DNA of 20,000 nt from Pseudovirgaria hyperparasitica. Taxonomy: Eukaryota. The translations under genes and the position numbers were made by a program. Each line of letters starts with the position of its first letter. Positions within the stretch are counted from its first letter, which is position 1. Of the stretch, positions 9,319 through 20,000 are shown in pieces. The notes under the pieces were generated by a model, which had not been told where the DNA came from, searched no databases, and saw nothing but the letters and a program-made list of their open reading frames with translations. The stretch lies in assembly GCA_010093815.1 (NCBI GenBank), contig ML996572.1; one strand, 5' to 3'.

Positions 9319-10869
9319 TATAACTATTCTATAAAAACGGCCCTACTACACGAGCTTATAAAGAAAAATATAATATTTAAATAGGGACTAAAGTAAGAAT
9401 AAGCATTTTAATAATTAAAAGAGTCTATTATAACTAAACCTATGTTAAAGATATATTAAATAGGAAAACCCTATAAAGTTAAGATAGATATATTAGAATT
9501 CACTATTAGAGGGTAGTTAACCTAGATAGATAAATAAGGGAAAAGATATTCTATAGTATTTTACTCCCGAAAATTCTAAGGATCGGAAATAAATTAGCTA
9601 ATCTATAAAAAAGAACTCTACGCTATAATTAAGTATCTTAAGGAATAGAGAAGCTATCTCTATAGATTAGACTATATAGTAAAGGTATATACTAACTATA
9701 AAAACCTAACTACCTTTACTATAATAAAGGAACTCTAAAAGAAATAAATTAGTTAGTATAAGCTTCTTACGGAGTTTAATATCTAAATTATATACTATAA
9801 AGGATCTAAAAACGGAAGAGCCGACGCCCTTAGCCGATAAGTAGAATATAAGTAAAAAGAACCTACTATAGAATAGACTATATTAGAAATTACTAAAGAA
9901 GGAAACCTTAAACTAATATAATATATTATAGTAATATAAAAAGAATTTATACTTAAGAACTCTAAGGGAAGGAGTATAATCCCGAGGGATAAGACCTACT
10001 ATTTTATTAAAGAATTCTATAAAGATCTAATATACGGATATTAAGGAGAAATAAAAACTTATAAAAGATTTAAGAGATACTATATAACTTATAAGGAAAG
10101 ATAAGTTATTAAGGAAGTTATATAGAACTATATTCTATATAGTAAAAGCTAATCTAATAGATATAAACTATACGGAGAACTTTAACCGATTCCCCTACTA
10201 TTATATACTTAGAAAATAATCTCTATAGACTTTATAATAGATCTACTACTCTTAAGAGAACTAGTTTCGCGAGTATAGTATAATACTATACTAGTAGTAG
10301 TTAATAAACTTATGAAGTACGCCTACTTTATACCCTATTAAAAGGATATAGATATAAAAGAAATAGTCTATGTATTTCTATAAGTAGTTATAGTAAACCA
10401 CGGTTTACCTAATAGTATTATATCTAATAGAGATAAGCTCTTTATATTAAACTTTTAGAAAAGTCTAGTGCGATAGCTTAGAACGAACTACTAACTATTA
10501 ATAGTCTACTATCTATAGATAGATAGATAAATAGAGATCCTAAATAGAATACTAGAATAATACCTCTAATACTATATTAATAAATAATAAGATAATTAGA
10601 TAGAACTACTACTACTAGCTTAATTTACCTATAATAGCGCGATAACCTTAATAACTAAAACCTTACTATTCTATGCGAACTACGGATTTAACTCTATAGC
10701 TAGCTATAATTATAAACTAGAATAGTCTATACCAAAAGTAAAGATTAAGGTAGAATAACTATATAAGCTATACTTAGAGCTATAGACTAAACTTTTTTTT
10801 ATAAATAAAAGAATAATAAAATATATAAATTAAAAGAGAATAAAGAGACTATCTCTAAGGGAGAGAGAC
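9319..10869 (+). pseudogene. pol remnant of element Z: RT thumb, RNase H and integrase up to the GPY/F module, cut by LTR X
   Basis: NYSIKTAPLHELTKK, VETDASEFTIGG, VAFYSRKF, IHEKELYAI, YTDHKNL, NGRADALSR, HHCC zinc-binding motif (HKDPMHGH...CILC), ISMDF, SDRDKLF, YHPQTDGQTE, and GPSLREGD ending at 10869. Assignment to Z rests on strand, position and the shared 13-bp repeat. Confidence 0.9.
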
Positions 10870-11177
10870 TGTTAAGATCATTAACAAGTTAAGTTATATT
10901 AGTTATAAAGTATACTATTTTCTATATACGCATCCGGTTGGTTATATTTATATAAACGACCGGTTCGCAACTACCTACATTAATTATATATAGTATATAC
11001 TACTACTATAGCTATAATAAGGTACCCGAATTTAAGAAAATCTACTACTACCCTTAGTAGCTTTACGCGTAACGCTTAGCTAGATACGGGTTTATATCTT
11101 TATAGATACTATAGCGCGGTTAATCTACGGCTAAACCGACGCTAGGGAGTTCCTTAGCGGGCGCGATATACTTTATA
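10870..11177 (-). repeat. Probable 3' LTR of element X (about 308 bp) with adjacent polypurine tract at about 11178-11190
   Basis: An abrupt tgtt... start at 10870 interrupts the Z integrase. The ends tgttaag and ctttata form an imperfect RIPed inverted repeat. On the - strand aaggggac precedes the LTR. The inner boundary is inferred without a partner LTR. Confidence 0.6.
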
Positions 11178-11352
11178 GTCCCCTTAGAGCGACCTCATCG
11201 CTTAGCTAGTAGCTTAGTAACCTTAATATCTTTATTATTATCCTAGTCGACTTACTATACTTCGCCGGTAGATAGTACGCTAGTTAGTTTATATAAAGCT
11301 ATTACGGGCTTATCTTATATACTATTAGAGTTATTATCTAGAAAAACTAGCT

Positions 11353-13740
11353 TTATAATCTTTTAGTACGTCTTATAATATAACGGTCTATTTAGTAGTA
11401 TTTTAGAAGGTAAGGTTCGTACTACTCGTGACTATAAGTAGCTATAATAGTATCTTCGAGTCTAAAGCTATAATAGTAGTAGATATTCTAGTAGTATTTA
11501 ACTATTTACTTTAGTCTTAACTTCTTAGTATAAAACTTATATTTAGTATCGTGGGTACGGTTTAGGTACTCCTATATATACTCACTAATTTCGTTATTAA
11601 ATAACCTTATGGTATATTTACTATACTTATAAATTAACTTTATAGGCTCGAGGAGGTTAACTACCTTCCCTAGAGGCCCTAGTCGCTTAATTAGCTTATC
11701 TATTTAGTATAAGTAATATTCTAGTTCTCTACGGTTAGCTAGAGAATAAGCTAACTTACTTAGGCTAGGTAGGAGACCTAGGTAGTTAACTAAATTAGGC
11801 TACTTAGACTTTTATTAAAATAACTAAGATAATATTTTTAAGGTGGCTAAGGTTATCTTTATAACTAGGCGGGGCTATACTATAGCGAAATCGCTATTAA
11901 TTTCTTCCTTATTAGACGAGATAACGACTTATTCCTTTACGAGCTTAGGTTAGATAATATAAGAGTCCCTCTTAATAGTTAGTTTTTTAAAAACTAGACT
12001 TTCTATAACTACTCTATTAAGGCCCTATATCTTTTTAGCGGTGCTTACTTTCTACCGAAAGTCCTAGAGTAACGTAATATATATATCTAGATTACTCTTA
12101 ACTTTAAAGGAGTCTTTAGTTATTAAAATAGTATACTTGAATATAGATTACTTATATCTATTTTTAACTAAGTTAATACCTTTATCGCTAATAAGTTTAT
12201 AAAGAGTTTTAGCTTACTTAAGGAGTATTATATATAGGTTATTCCCGGTAGCTATTAGAACGGACGTTAAAAATTATACCTAGATAGCTACCGTGGTTCT
12301 CTAGTCGACTATATTTACCTTGATAGATAAGGTTATATTATATAGTTATTAGTAGATATTAGTAAGATAGACGTCGGCCTAGGTTAACTAGTTAATAATT
12401 CTTTTAACTACGTCGAGGTTATACACGTAGATACCTAACATAGTTACTTCCTTATTATCCGGCTAATCTTTCTATAGAATCGCGATTAGATTAAATCTTC
12501 GCGTACCAGTTTTAAAATTAATTACCCGACTTAATTTAGGCGTGAATAGCGATAGGTTACTAACGTTTAGTACTAAGCTACCTAAGTTTATTTACTATCT
12601 ACTTAACTAACTATACGGCGAGCTAAAGTCCGAATTATCGGTAGTAGTTAGCGATATAAGTAACGTAGTATATATATAATCTAATTATCGTGATTAGGCT
12701 AAAATTAGATCGTCTACTAGACTTTTTATAGTTAGATATACGGCGCTTATAATCTTTAATAGTCGCTTAGCTAAAATGCCGCTATCGTTATCTTCGTGTC
12801 TATATATTAGATTAATATCTAAGGGTACCGCCTAAGTATAACGGTCGGTTTCATTCGCTATAAATAGCTTATCTTTAATTACCTAGGGCTTAGAACGAGT
12901 CTTTTCTAGAATCTACTAATAATATAGTAGTAATATCGCTACTCTACTAAGTATAAATTAATTAAAGATAATCACGACCTTATTATTTAAAACGCTAGGG
13001 GCTTCGCACGGGAGATAACCGTCCTAAAACTATCCTTCTTTTAAGAATACGGCCGGCTATTAGATACTAACCTTACCCTTTCTTATAATCCGTTACTCTA
13101 TTACTATAATAATTAGTAACTTTACTCGGTCGGACGGCTAGACGTTTATAGACGGCTAAGTTATATAGTTCTCTATAATATTAATAGAATAATCTATATA
13201 AAATAGCTATAAATTATATTTTAATAGGTGCCGTTATTTAGTTATAGAGAAATTACCTACTACCAGCCTATTACTAGAGATCTATACGGGTAGAGCCGAT
13301 GATAAAGGGTATTCTATTACTATATATTCTAGAAGAATTAGTAGAAAAGCTTTTAATAAGCTAGGAAAACTCTTAGAATCTATCTAGTTCGCTATTACGT
13401 TATATAGAGCTATATAGGATAGTTAGTTAGCTAGGTCGATATTTACTCGCGCCTAAATCTTTTCTATAGGCTACTAGTAGTACTTTTCACCTACCTTTAG
13501 ACGTAGATATAGAAGGATATTAGTTAGTTTAGATTAAGTATAACTATTATAAGCCTACTAAATTAATATACTAGGTCTAGTAAGGATAAAGCTAGTTATA
13601 TATAGTAATTAGTTAATATTATAGAATATTTATAGGTTAGTAACTACGAATAGTAGGCCGTGCGGTTAGCTTAACTATAGTAGTCGTCTTTAGTTAATAG
13701 ATCTAGATCTAGTACTAATCTTTAAGTAAATAATATAAGG
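11353..13740 (-). pseudogene. Extra ORF of element X between pol and the 3' LTR, about 720-800 codons, with a putative C-terminal C2H2 x2 plus CxHxxCxxC zinc cluster
   Basis: One frame reads protein-like with only TAA/TAG stops at roughly Gln+Trp frequency. It has an acidic and Ser/Pro linker at about 11940-11760, then Tyr spacings matching zinc ligands at 11631-11410. The start is undefined. Confidence 0.65.
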
Positions 13741-13859
13741 AAGTATTTAATAGTTATATATCTATAGAATACTTAGTAAATATATATATTATAACGCCGC
13801 TCGTTATAATAGATATTAATAGCTCTCTACCTATAATAGCTAGAGGCGGATAGGTATTA

Positions 13860-16800
13860 TAACTTTAAGTAGTCGTCGACCTAGCTAGGCTCCTAGTAGA
13901 CTATTTCTATGGGCTTATCTAAGGTTATATTCTTCGACTAAGTCTAATAGGAGTATACTTCGCCGTATCTACTAACCGAATTCTAGACTATCGCTATATA
14001 CTATTACCTAGTATTTAATAGTTAGTTTATAATTACGCCCGATTCGAATATAGCGCCGATTATAGATAGCTATCGCTATCTACTTATTTATAATAGTAAG
14101 TAGACGTATATCTTCTTTATAGTTAAAATAGTTAAGATCCTTTAGAAATGGTTCTAACTATTTAATAGATATTACTAGGTATATTTTCTATATCTCTAGT
14201 AGCTCTAGTTCATACGCCTAACGGTCTACTATACGTTTAATTAGTACTAGTCTAACTTATTATTAGCTAAGCTTATAATAAGCGCCTAGAATCTTATACC
14301 CTTTATATAGTTAAATATAGATCTAGTTACTAGGAGCGAGATCTAGTAGAGATATATAGCGTCTATTGAAACGCTCCTTCATACGCGTCTAGGCGAATAC
14401 TAGCGTATCTAATGCCTCTTTCTAGTTTATATTACGCTTTTAGGCGTAATTATTTACTTCTATTAAACTAGTCTTCTTAAATAGGGTGCCTTTAGATAGT
14501 CGGAAGCCGTATACTATCTCGTTTAGAGATTTTTATATTAAGGCGTTTATTAAATTATTTATAAGCCGCTAGACTAATAGAATATAGATCGTCTAGTCTA
14601 TAGCTAGTAATATTAAAATAAGAAAACGTAGGGTAATCTCTACCGTTTAGTTCGTGCGTTCGCTTTAACTATTACTCTATTTATAATAAGCGGTTAATAC
14701 TAGGATTTTAGTACTAATGCCCTCGAAAATTCCTTTCTAAAATAATAATAGGAATTTTTGGTCCCTATCGTAAATAATTACGGCTAGGACTCTCTATTCT
14801 AGTAGTATACTCCTTCTAAACGTAGTTACCTATTACGCGGTAGTCTAGTTATTCCGGCCTAGGACGAGGTAGATATACTTAGTAAACTTATCCGTTATAG
14901 TAAGTAGTATATTAAGCCTATTCTATATTAGTAGTCCGATAATAAAGTCTATTATAACTATATAAAATAGTATTAGCGGTAACTAGACTAGCTTTAATTC
15001 GCTATATAGCGTATATCTTTATATCTAGTAAGTTTTATAGGTGGGATAGTACTAAATATAGTATTTTAGGCGCTTTATAAGCTAATAAATAAAGTAGCCT
15101 ACGCGAATTCGATTATATACTTAGAAAAATCCTATATAAGCGCTTTTATTATAGAATTAAGCGAAGATATCTCTATTAAGCGATTTTAGTATATAGATCT
15201 AATATTATCTATTAAGCTAATCGATATAATAAATTATACTATTAGTAAATTAAAAAGGAATTAGGCGGGTAATATTATTATTCTAGTCTAGTACTATAGC
15301 TTTTATACTTACCTAGTACTTATTATTATTATATATATTAGCTAGCTACCTCGTAAATTTTAGGTTAATTTTAACTATTATAACGTTAAACGTCGAGAGC
15401 TTCTTAAGAATATCTAAGTCTCTTAGCTAGGCTCTATCATAGATCTAACGGAGCCGAGAAAGAGCGTTAGGTACCACGTACTCTTTATCTAGTCTATATT
15501 TAAGCTCTAGATTAAACTAGAATAGATACTATAAGGCCCGTACTAGTTAGAGATTTAGCTTATTAACTAATAAGCTTATAAGCGCTATCTATCGAATAAT
15601 ACTTAGCGTGGCTACGTGGTCGGTAATAATAATTATTAGTTAGTCTAAACCGTTAACTATATAGTATATTAGGCGTATAGTCTATATAACTACTACTACT
15701 TCTAGCTCTATTAGCTAGTATCGCAACTCGGCTATAGAGAGCTCTTTACTAAGGTATAGAATAGGCTTAATATCTAATTATCTAATCTTTATAATATCGT
15801 CTACTTCCCCTTTAATATAGTAAGTAAAGACTCTAAAGCCGTACTTTAATACGTTAATGTCTACGTAGAGCTATTATTTTAGATTATAGTAGACGAGCTT
15901 AGTCTCGTCCGCGAAGGCGGCCTAAATACCCTTCTATAATACTAATAGCTAGTCTATTTAAGCGATCTTTATTTATTTATAGTATACTATATATATATAT
16001 ATCCCGCTAAAGGTACTTCTTTAAGAAGACGCGTTTTCTCGGTCTATAGATTCTAGGCGAGCTAAGTGTAATATAGTATATATTACCGTAACTATCCGGT
16101 TAGTCTAAGGTAGTATTCGAGCTTATCGAGCGTTTCGGGATACTAGAGATTATATATAGCTACTAATTTCTTAGCTATAGTAGAGAGTCTATAAGTATCG
16201 ACCTTCTAACCGAGTAGGGTAATAGATAGGTATTCTAAGTAACACTTTTTACCTTTAAGCGTTAGGTTTCTTACTTATAGTATAGTAAACACCCGCTAAA
16301 GATAGTTAAGATACTCGTTAAGTTCCTTACTAAATGCGGGAATATCGTTAATATATACTATAGCGAACGCCTCGCATCTAGCGTCGTATAAGATCTTATT
16401 AATCTACCTCTATATATACGGTAGAGAGTTATAGAAACCTATTAGAATAACATTTAACTACTTCTAGCCCTAGTACGATATAAACGTTAGTTTATAACGG
16501 TCTTCCTTAGCGACCGGCTACTAGTAGAAGAAGCTAGCTATATTAATAATAGATATAAACTTCTTTCTAGCCGTATATTAGATAATATTACCCTAGAGTA
16601 GTAATAGATAGGAGTCCTTAATACTAATTTTATTTAGGCCTCTTATATCTCTAACTACCCGACTAGCGTCCTTACGCGATATCTAGATAAGTAACTTTAC
16701 CATAGAGTATATAATAAATATTAGGAAACCGAATAGTATTATCTATATCGGGTATTCTATATAACCTTATATATAAAGCTTATTATATATCTTATTAATA

Positions 16801-17051
16801 ATGGCCTTACCGCTTGCTCCTAACGGGTAGATACGGTAGCTTAGCTTTATACTAGCCATTTTCTAGTTACTTACTAGGGGGATACGCATCTAGTCTTTCT
16901 CTAGAATATTTATAAGTCTAGTATTATAAAATAAGGTAGCGTAACTTCGGATAATCTTATTAAATATCTAGGTAGTCGCTTCGTCTTTAGCGAAAATTTT
17001 TATACTAAATATACCTATCTATTTAACTTTATTAAGCCGAGTAAGCTTTAT
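13860..17051 (-). pseudogene. Ty3/Gypsy element X, 3' half of pol: RT, RNase H, integrase and degenerate chromodomain
   Basis: IPEKDWMRIPL, RIYPLG, RVVGDIRGLNK, DSYPLPLQGDII, ASFFYQW, YIDD (literal YIND at 16355-16344), LYVDIDASK, HHCC motif (HDESAH...CPTC), TIDFIIGLP, SDRD, WKIHPVISIEQLEP, and a chromo-like segment at about 14085-13924. There is one frameshift, at the (TA)n run 15988-16002. Confidence 0.92.
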
Positions 17052-17279
17052 TATTAGGACTTAGCCTTAGGTAGAACCCGACCTATACGTACCTTAGCTA
17101 ATAGGGTTAGGAGGTAATGTAAAGGGCGGTAAATAGTCACGTACTAGATAGATCGGCGTCTCTTTATATATATACTCTCGGATTTCTACCGAAAGGGTTT
17201 AGTAGTAATTCGTTCTATAATAGAATATACCCTATTATTCTATCTAACTATACTACTATCTAATAACCCTATTCTTATA
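17052..17279 (+). repeat. 228-bp 5' LTR of element Y
   Basis: Matches the reverse complement of 1751-1978. It contains a TATA-like run at about 17165-17174, is preceded by tttat and is followed by a PBS-like sequence and gag. Confidence 0.95.
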
Positions 17280-17313
17280 TTTAAATTACTCTCTATATAG
17301 TACTATAGTTAAG

Positions 17314-18627
17314 ATAGTCTAACTAGAACCGAGAAGGTCGACACGATCTACTATAGAGATAAGTAATACTATATTAAATAATAGGGATCCTCTATAATTA
17401 GTATTAATCCCGGCCGTTTCTAACCGAGAAGTAGAAATATTAGACTAAATCACGGAGCTTTTAGATGAAGAAATGGTAGATACACCGAGTAACTTCTAAT
17501 AATATAAAGCCGGATAACGAGTCGTGGCGGAGCTATATAAGGTATTATAATAAACCATTACCGAACTTTAGGAATACATTGCGAATTAGGCTCGAGAGAT
17601 TTAAACCCTTAAAGAATAGATAGAACGCGCGAAACTCCTCGTAAAGAGACGAGAACTTAAGGAGTCTCTTAAAGAACTACGCCGAACGATAGTAGGTGGA
17701 CGACTTCCTATACTAATTTAGGCGGAATTAGTTTATCTACTATTAGAGTTATGATAATCTACCGTATACCTAGCCGCTTCGTTACCGATTTACCCTACTC
17801 CTTCTCTAGGTATACTAAAATCTAAAGACCCGACTATATTTATAGGGAAGAACTAAAAGGAGTAGAAAGACTAGAAGAGAGACTACGAAAAGTACTTCCT
17901 TAATAACCCTCTACTCTTTTCTACTAAAGTATAACGCATTTCATTCAAAGAACGATACCTAGACTTATAATCCCGCGATTAATAGAATAGATAGAAGGAA
18001 GTATAGCTACTATGTACGATAACCTAGAAATATTTAGCTATATTTATACTAAACACCCTTAGAACGGATAGAGAACGTGAAAGAAAGGCACTATCTAAGT
18101 TAAGAAGCGTAGTATAACGACCGAACTAGACACCTACTTAACTACTATAATACCTCTAAAACCTATAGAATAATATCCCTATACTATAGAAAAATATTCG
18201 TATATTCTAGTTTCGCGAAGTACTACTTCCGTTAATCCGCGAAAGACTAGAAATAGTATTATTAAGTTTTAACTATCTATATAAATTAGAGGAGAAAGCT
18301 AATAAATACTACCGCATCCTTAAGGAACGCGGCTCTCTAGGTAAAACTAACGAACTCTATACGGGTTAGAAACGAGGTCAATTAAATACGTTTAATTAAG
18401 AGTAACCTTCCTATAATTAGTACTAGAAGAGTATAAATCGGGGTAGAAACGCGTTAAGAGGATACTAAAATAATTAAGGTGGTACTTCTTAACGCGGAAA
18501 AGAATAAGGCATAGGCTTAAATATAACGCCTATCGTAAAATAGTAGGATTATAGTATACTTCGTTACTATAAGTATAGAGAAATAGAATATATTTCGCCT
18601 AACTATAAGAATCTAAAAAAAGAATAG
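17314..18627 (+). pseudogene. gag of element Y
   Basis: Probable RIPed start ATA (MVQPEPRRSTRS), KDPTIFTGKNQKEWKDWKRDCEKYF near 17824, zinc knuckle CYKCGETGHISPNC at 18565-18606, and TAG at 18625-18627. Confidence 0.85.
18615..18621 (+). promoter_or_regulatory. Candidate -1 ribosomal frameshift slippery heptamer A AAA AAA
   Basis: It is in X-XXY-YYZ phase with gag just before the gag stop, and the protease frame is -1 relative to gag. Confidence 0.7.
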
Positions 18628-20000
18628 GCTAGTATACGAGACCTAACCGCGTTCTTAGCTAAATTATATATACTTAGGAGGAGCCGTAGCGCCTTCCGGC
18701 GAGTAAAGACCTAATATTACTAAAAGTATTATTACCTATAGTAAATAGTAATAAAACTATATAGACCCTTATAGACACTAGTATAGAAGATAACTATATT
18801 TCGTTAATTCTTATAAAGGAGTATAGATTATTATATAATCTCGGTAAAGTTAGCCGAACTATCGTAGTTAATAGATATAAAGTTAGAACTTTAGGTAAAG
18901 CTATAACGAATTATAAAGTTTATAACTTAAAGATAATAAAATAGTAGATATCTAATAAATTTATTATAGCTAATATTAGCTAATAGAATATGATTCTAGG
19001 GATACCTTAGCTTAGACGCCTAAACCTAATCCTTAATTTTTAGAAGAAGATATTAATGTTCCGACAATACCGTGGTAAATTATACTAGTAAGTCGTAACT
19101 ATTAGTAAGAAGGTATAGAACCTCGCTATACGGACCCGATTATTACTAATCTATCTTACGTCCTTATCGATTATCGATAAAGACAAGGATAATAGTAATA
19201 ATTAGGGCGAAGACACGCTACCCGATATATATTCGTAGTATATAGATATATTTTTAGTAGGAGATACGTTACTTCTCCCTAATTACAGGCCGTATAAGCT
19301 AAAGATCGAGCTTAAAGAGAGAGTAGACGTCCCTTATAGCCTACTTTATCTACTTTAAAGACTAGAACTTAAAGTTCTTTATAAATATATTAAAGAATAC
19401 CTCGAAAGAGGCTAGATATATTATAGTATATTATCGGCTAACGTATCTATTCTCTTTATAAAGAAGAAAGACGGAAGTTTACGTCTATATATCGACTATT
19501 AGGTACTAAATATAGTAACTAAGAAGAATTATTATCTATTACCACTAGTTAGTAAATCTTTAGACTAATTAATAAAGGTAAAGTACTTTACGAAGCTAGA
19601 TTTATAAGATATATATTACTAGCTTCGAATTCGTCGTAGAGATAAGTAGAAAACCGTATTTCGGACTAGATATAGTTATTTTAAGTATACTATTATGCTA
19701 TTCAGGCTAATAAATGCGCTAGGAGCGTTTTAAGGATATATTAATACTATACTTATAGGATTACTTAACGTGATTTATATAGTTTATCTCGCGAATATAC
19801 TAATTTACTCTAATAGTATATAGAATTATAAAGAACACGTGAAATCGGTGCTAAATCGTCTAAGGTAGTATAAACTCTATATAAAATTATCTAAATGCGA
19901 GTTTTACTAATAAGAAGTTGGGTTTCTCGGCTTTATTATAATATATAGCGGCCTAAAAATAGAGCCGGAGCGTGTAAAGACTATTATAGAATAGCTAGAA
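18615..20000 (+). pseudogene. pol of element Y: protease and reverse transcriptase (partial)
   Basis: LIDTGAEDNYIS at about 18768, ILGIPWL, VPYGPLYPL, LFVKKKDGSLRLCIDYRALN, KYFTKLD, WKTAFRTRYG, MPFGLTNAP, the catalytic motif position at 19785-19796, and KLSKCEF. Confidence 0.93.

Larger units (their letters stand above)
1..20000. other. RIP-degenerated, AT-rich nested transposable element cluster (fungal, Pezizomycotina-type)
   Basis: Strong TpA excess and CpA/TpG depletion throughout. Recognisable retroelement frames are interrupted almost only by TAA/TAG at Gln/Trp positions. The two copies of the 228-bp LTR differ at about 15 sites by manual count, all transitions, with no indels. Confidence 0.95.
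17052..20000 (+). mobile_element. Ty3/Gypsy LTR retrotransposon Y (5' part; continues past the window)
   Basis: Order is LTR, gag with CCHC, -1 frameshift, PR, RT. Confidence 0.93.

Noticed and set aside
11353..13740. env-like gene
   Set aside because: No convincing signal peptide or C-terminal transmembrane anchor was seen. Apparent hydrophobicity is inflated by RIP, and the C-terminus looks zinc-binding.
1751..17279. Inverted 228-bp repeats read as terminal inverted repeats of a giant DNA transposon or Starship-like element
   Set aside because: They are LTRs, with TG...CA ends and one copy followed by PBS and gag. No transposase or tyrosine recombinase was seen, and the inversion model explains the flanks.
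1..20000. Alternative genetic code with TAA/TAG read as Gln
   Set aside because: The stops also replace Trp, and catalytic Asp, Cys, His and Gly codons are mutated by transitions. This indicates RIP rather than recoding.

Overview
This window contains no intact host gene. It is a nested graveyard of retroelements from a filamentous ascomycete, saturated by repeat-induced point mutation (RIP): TpA is abundant, CpA/TpG are scarce, and in-frame TAA/TAG replace Gln/Trp codons. Protein motifs are quoted 'de-RIPed' (C>T and G>A mentally reverted) unless stated otherwise. Five elements can be parsed. X is a Ty3/Gypsy element with gag-C2H2-PR-RT-RH-IN-chromo plus a roughly 750-codon extra ORF ending in putative zinc fingers; it is split into a + strand 5' half (1-1750) and a - strand 3' half (10870-17051). 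Y is a Ty3/Gypsy element with 228-bp LTRs (1751-1978 on -, 17052-17279 on +, with gag-pol running off the right edge). W is an unidentified RIPed ORF (1979-2760, -). Z is a Ty3/Gypsy element (about 2825-10869, +) lacking PR and most of RT. A full-length Tad-like LINE (4001-9305, -) sits inside Z. The three strongest observations are: an LTR-bounded inversion supported by a split TTTAT target-site duplication and an in-frame rejoin of X; the extra zinc-finger ORF in X; and a near-identical 31-bp palindrome bracketing the LINE coding region at the ORF1 start and the ORF2 end. All five ORFs in the supplied track appear spurious.
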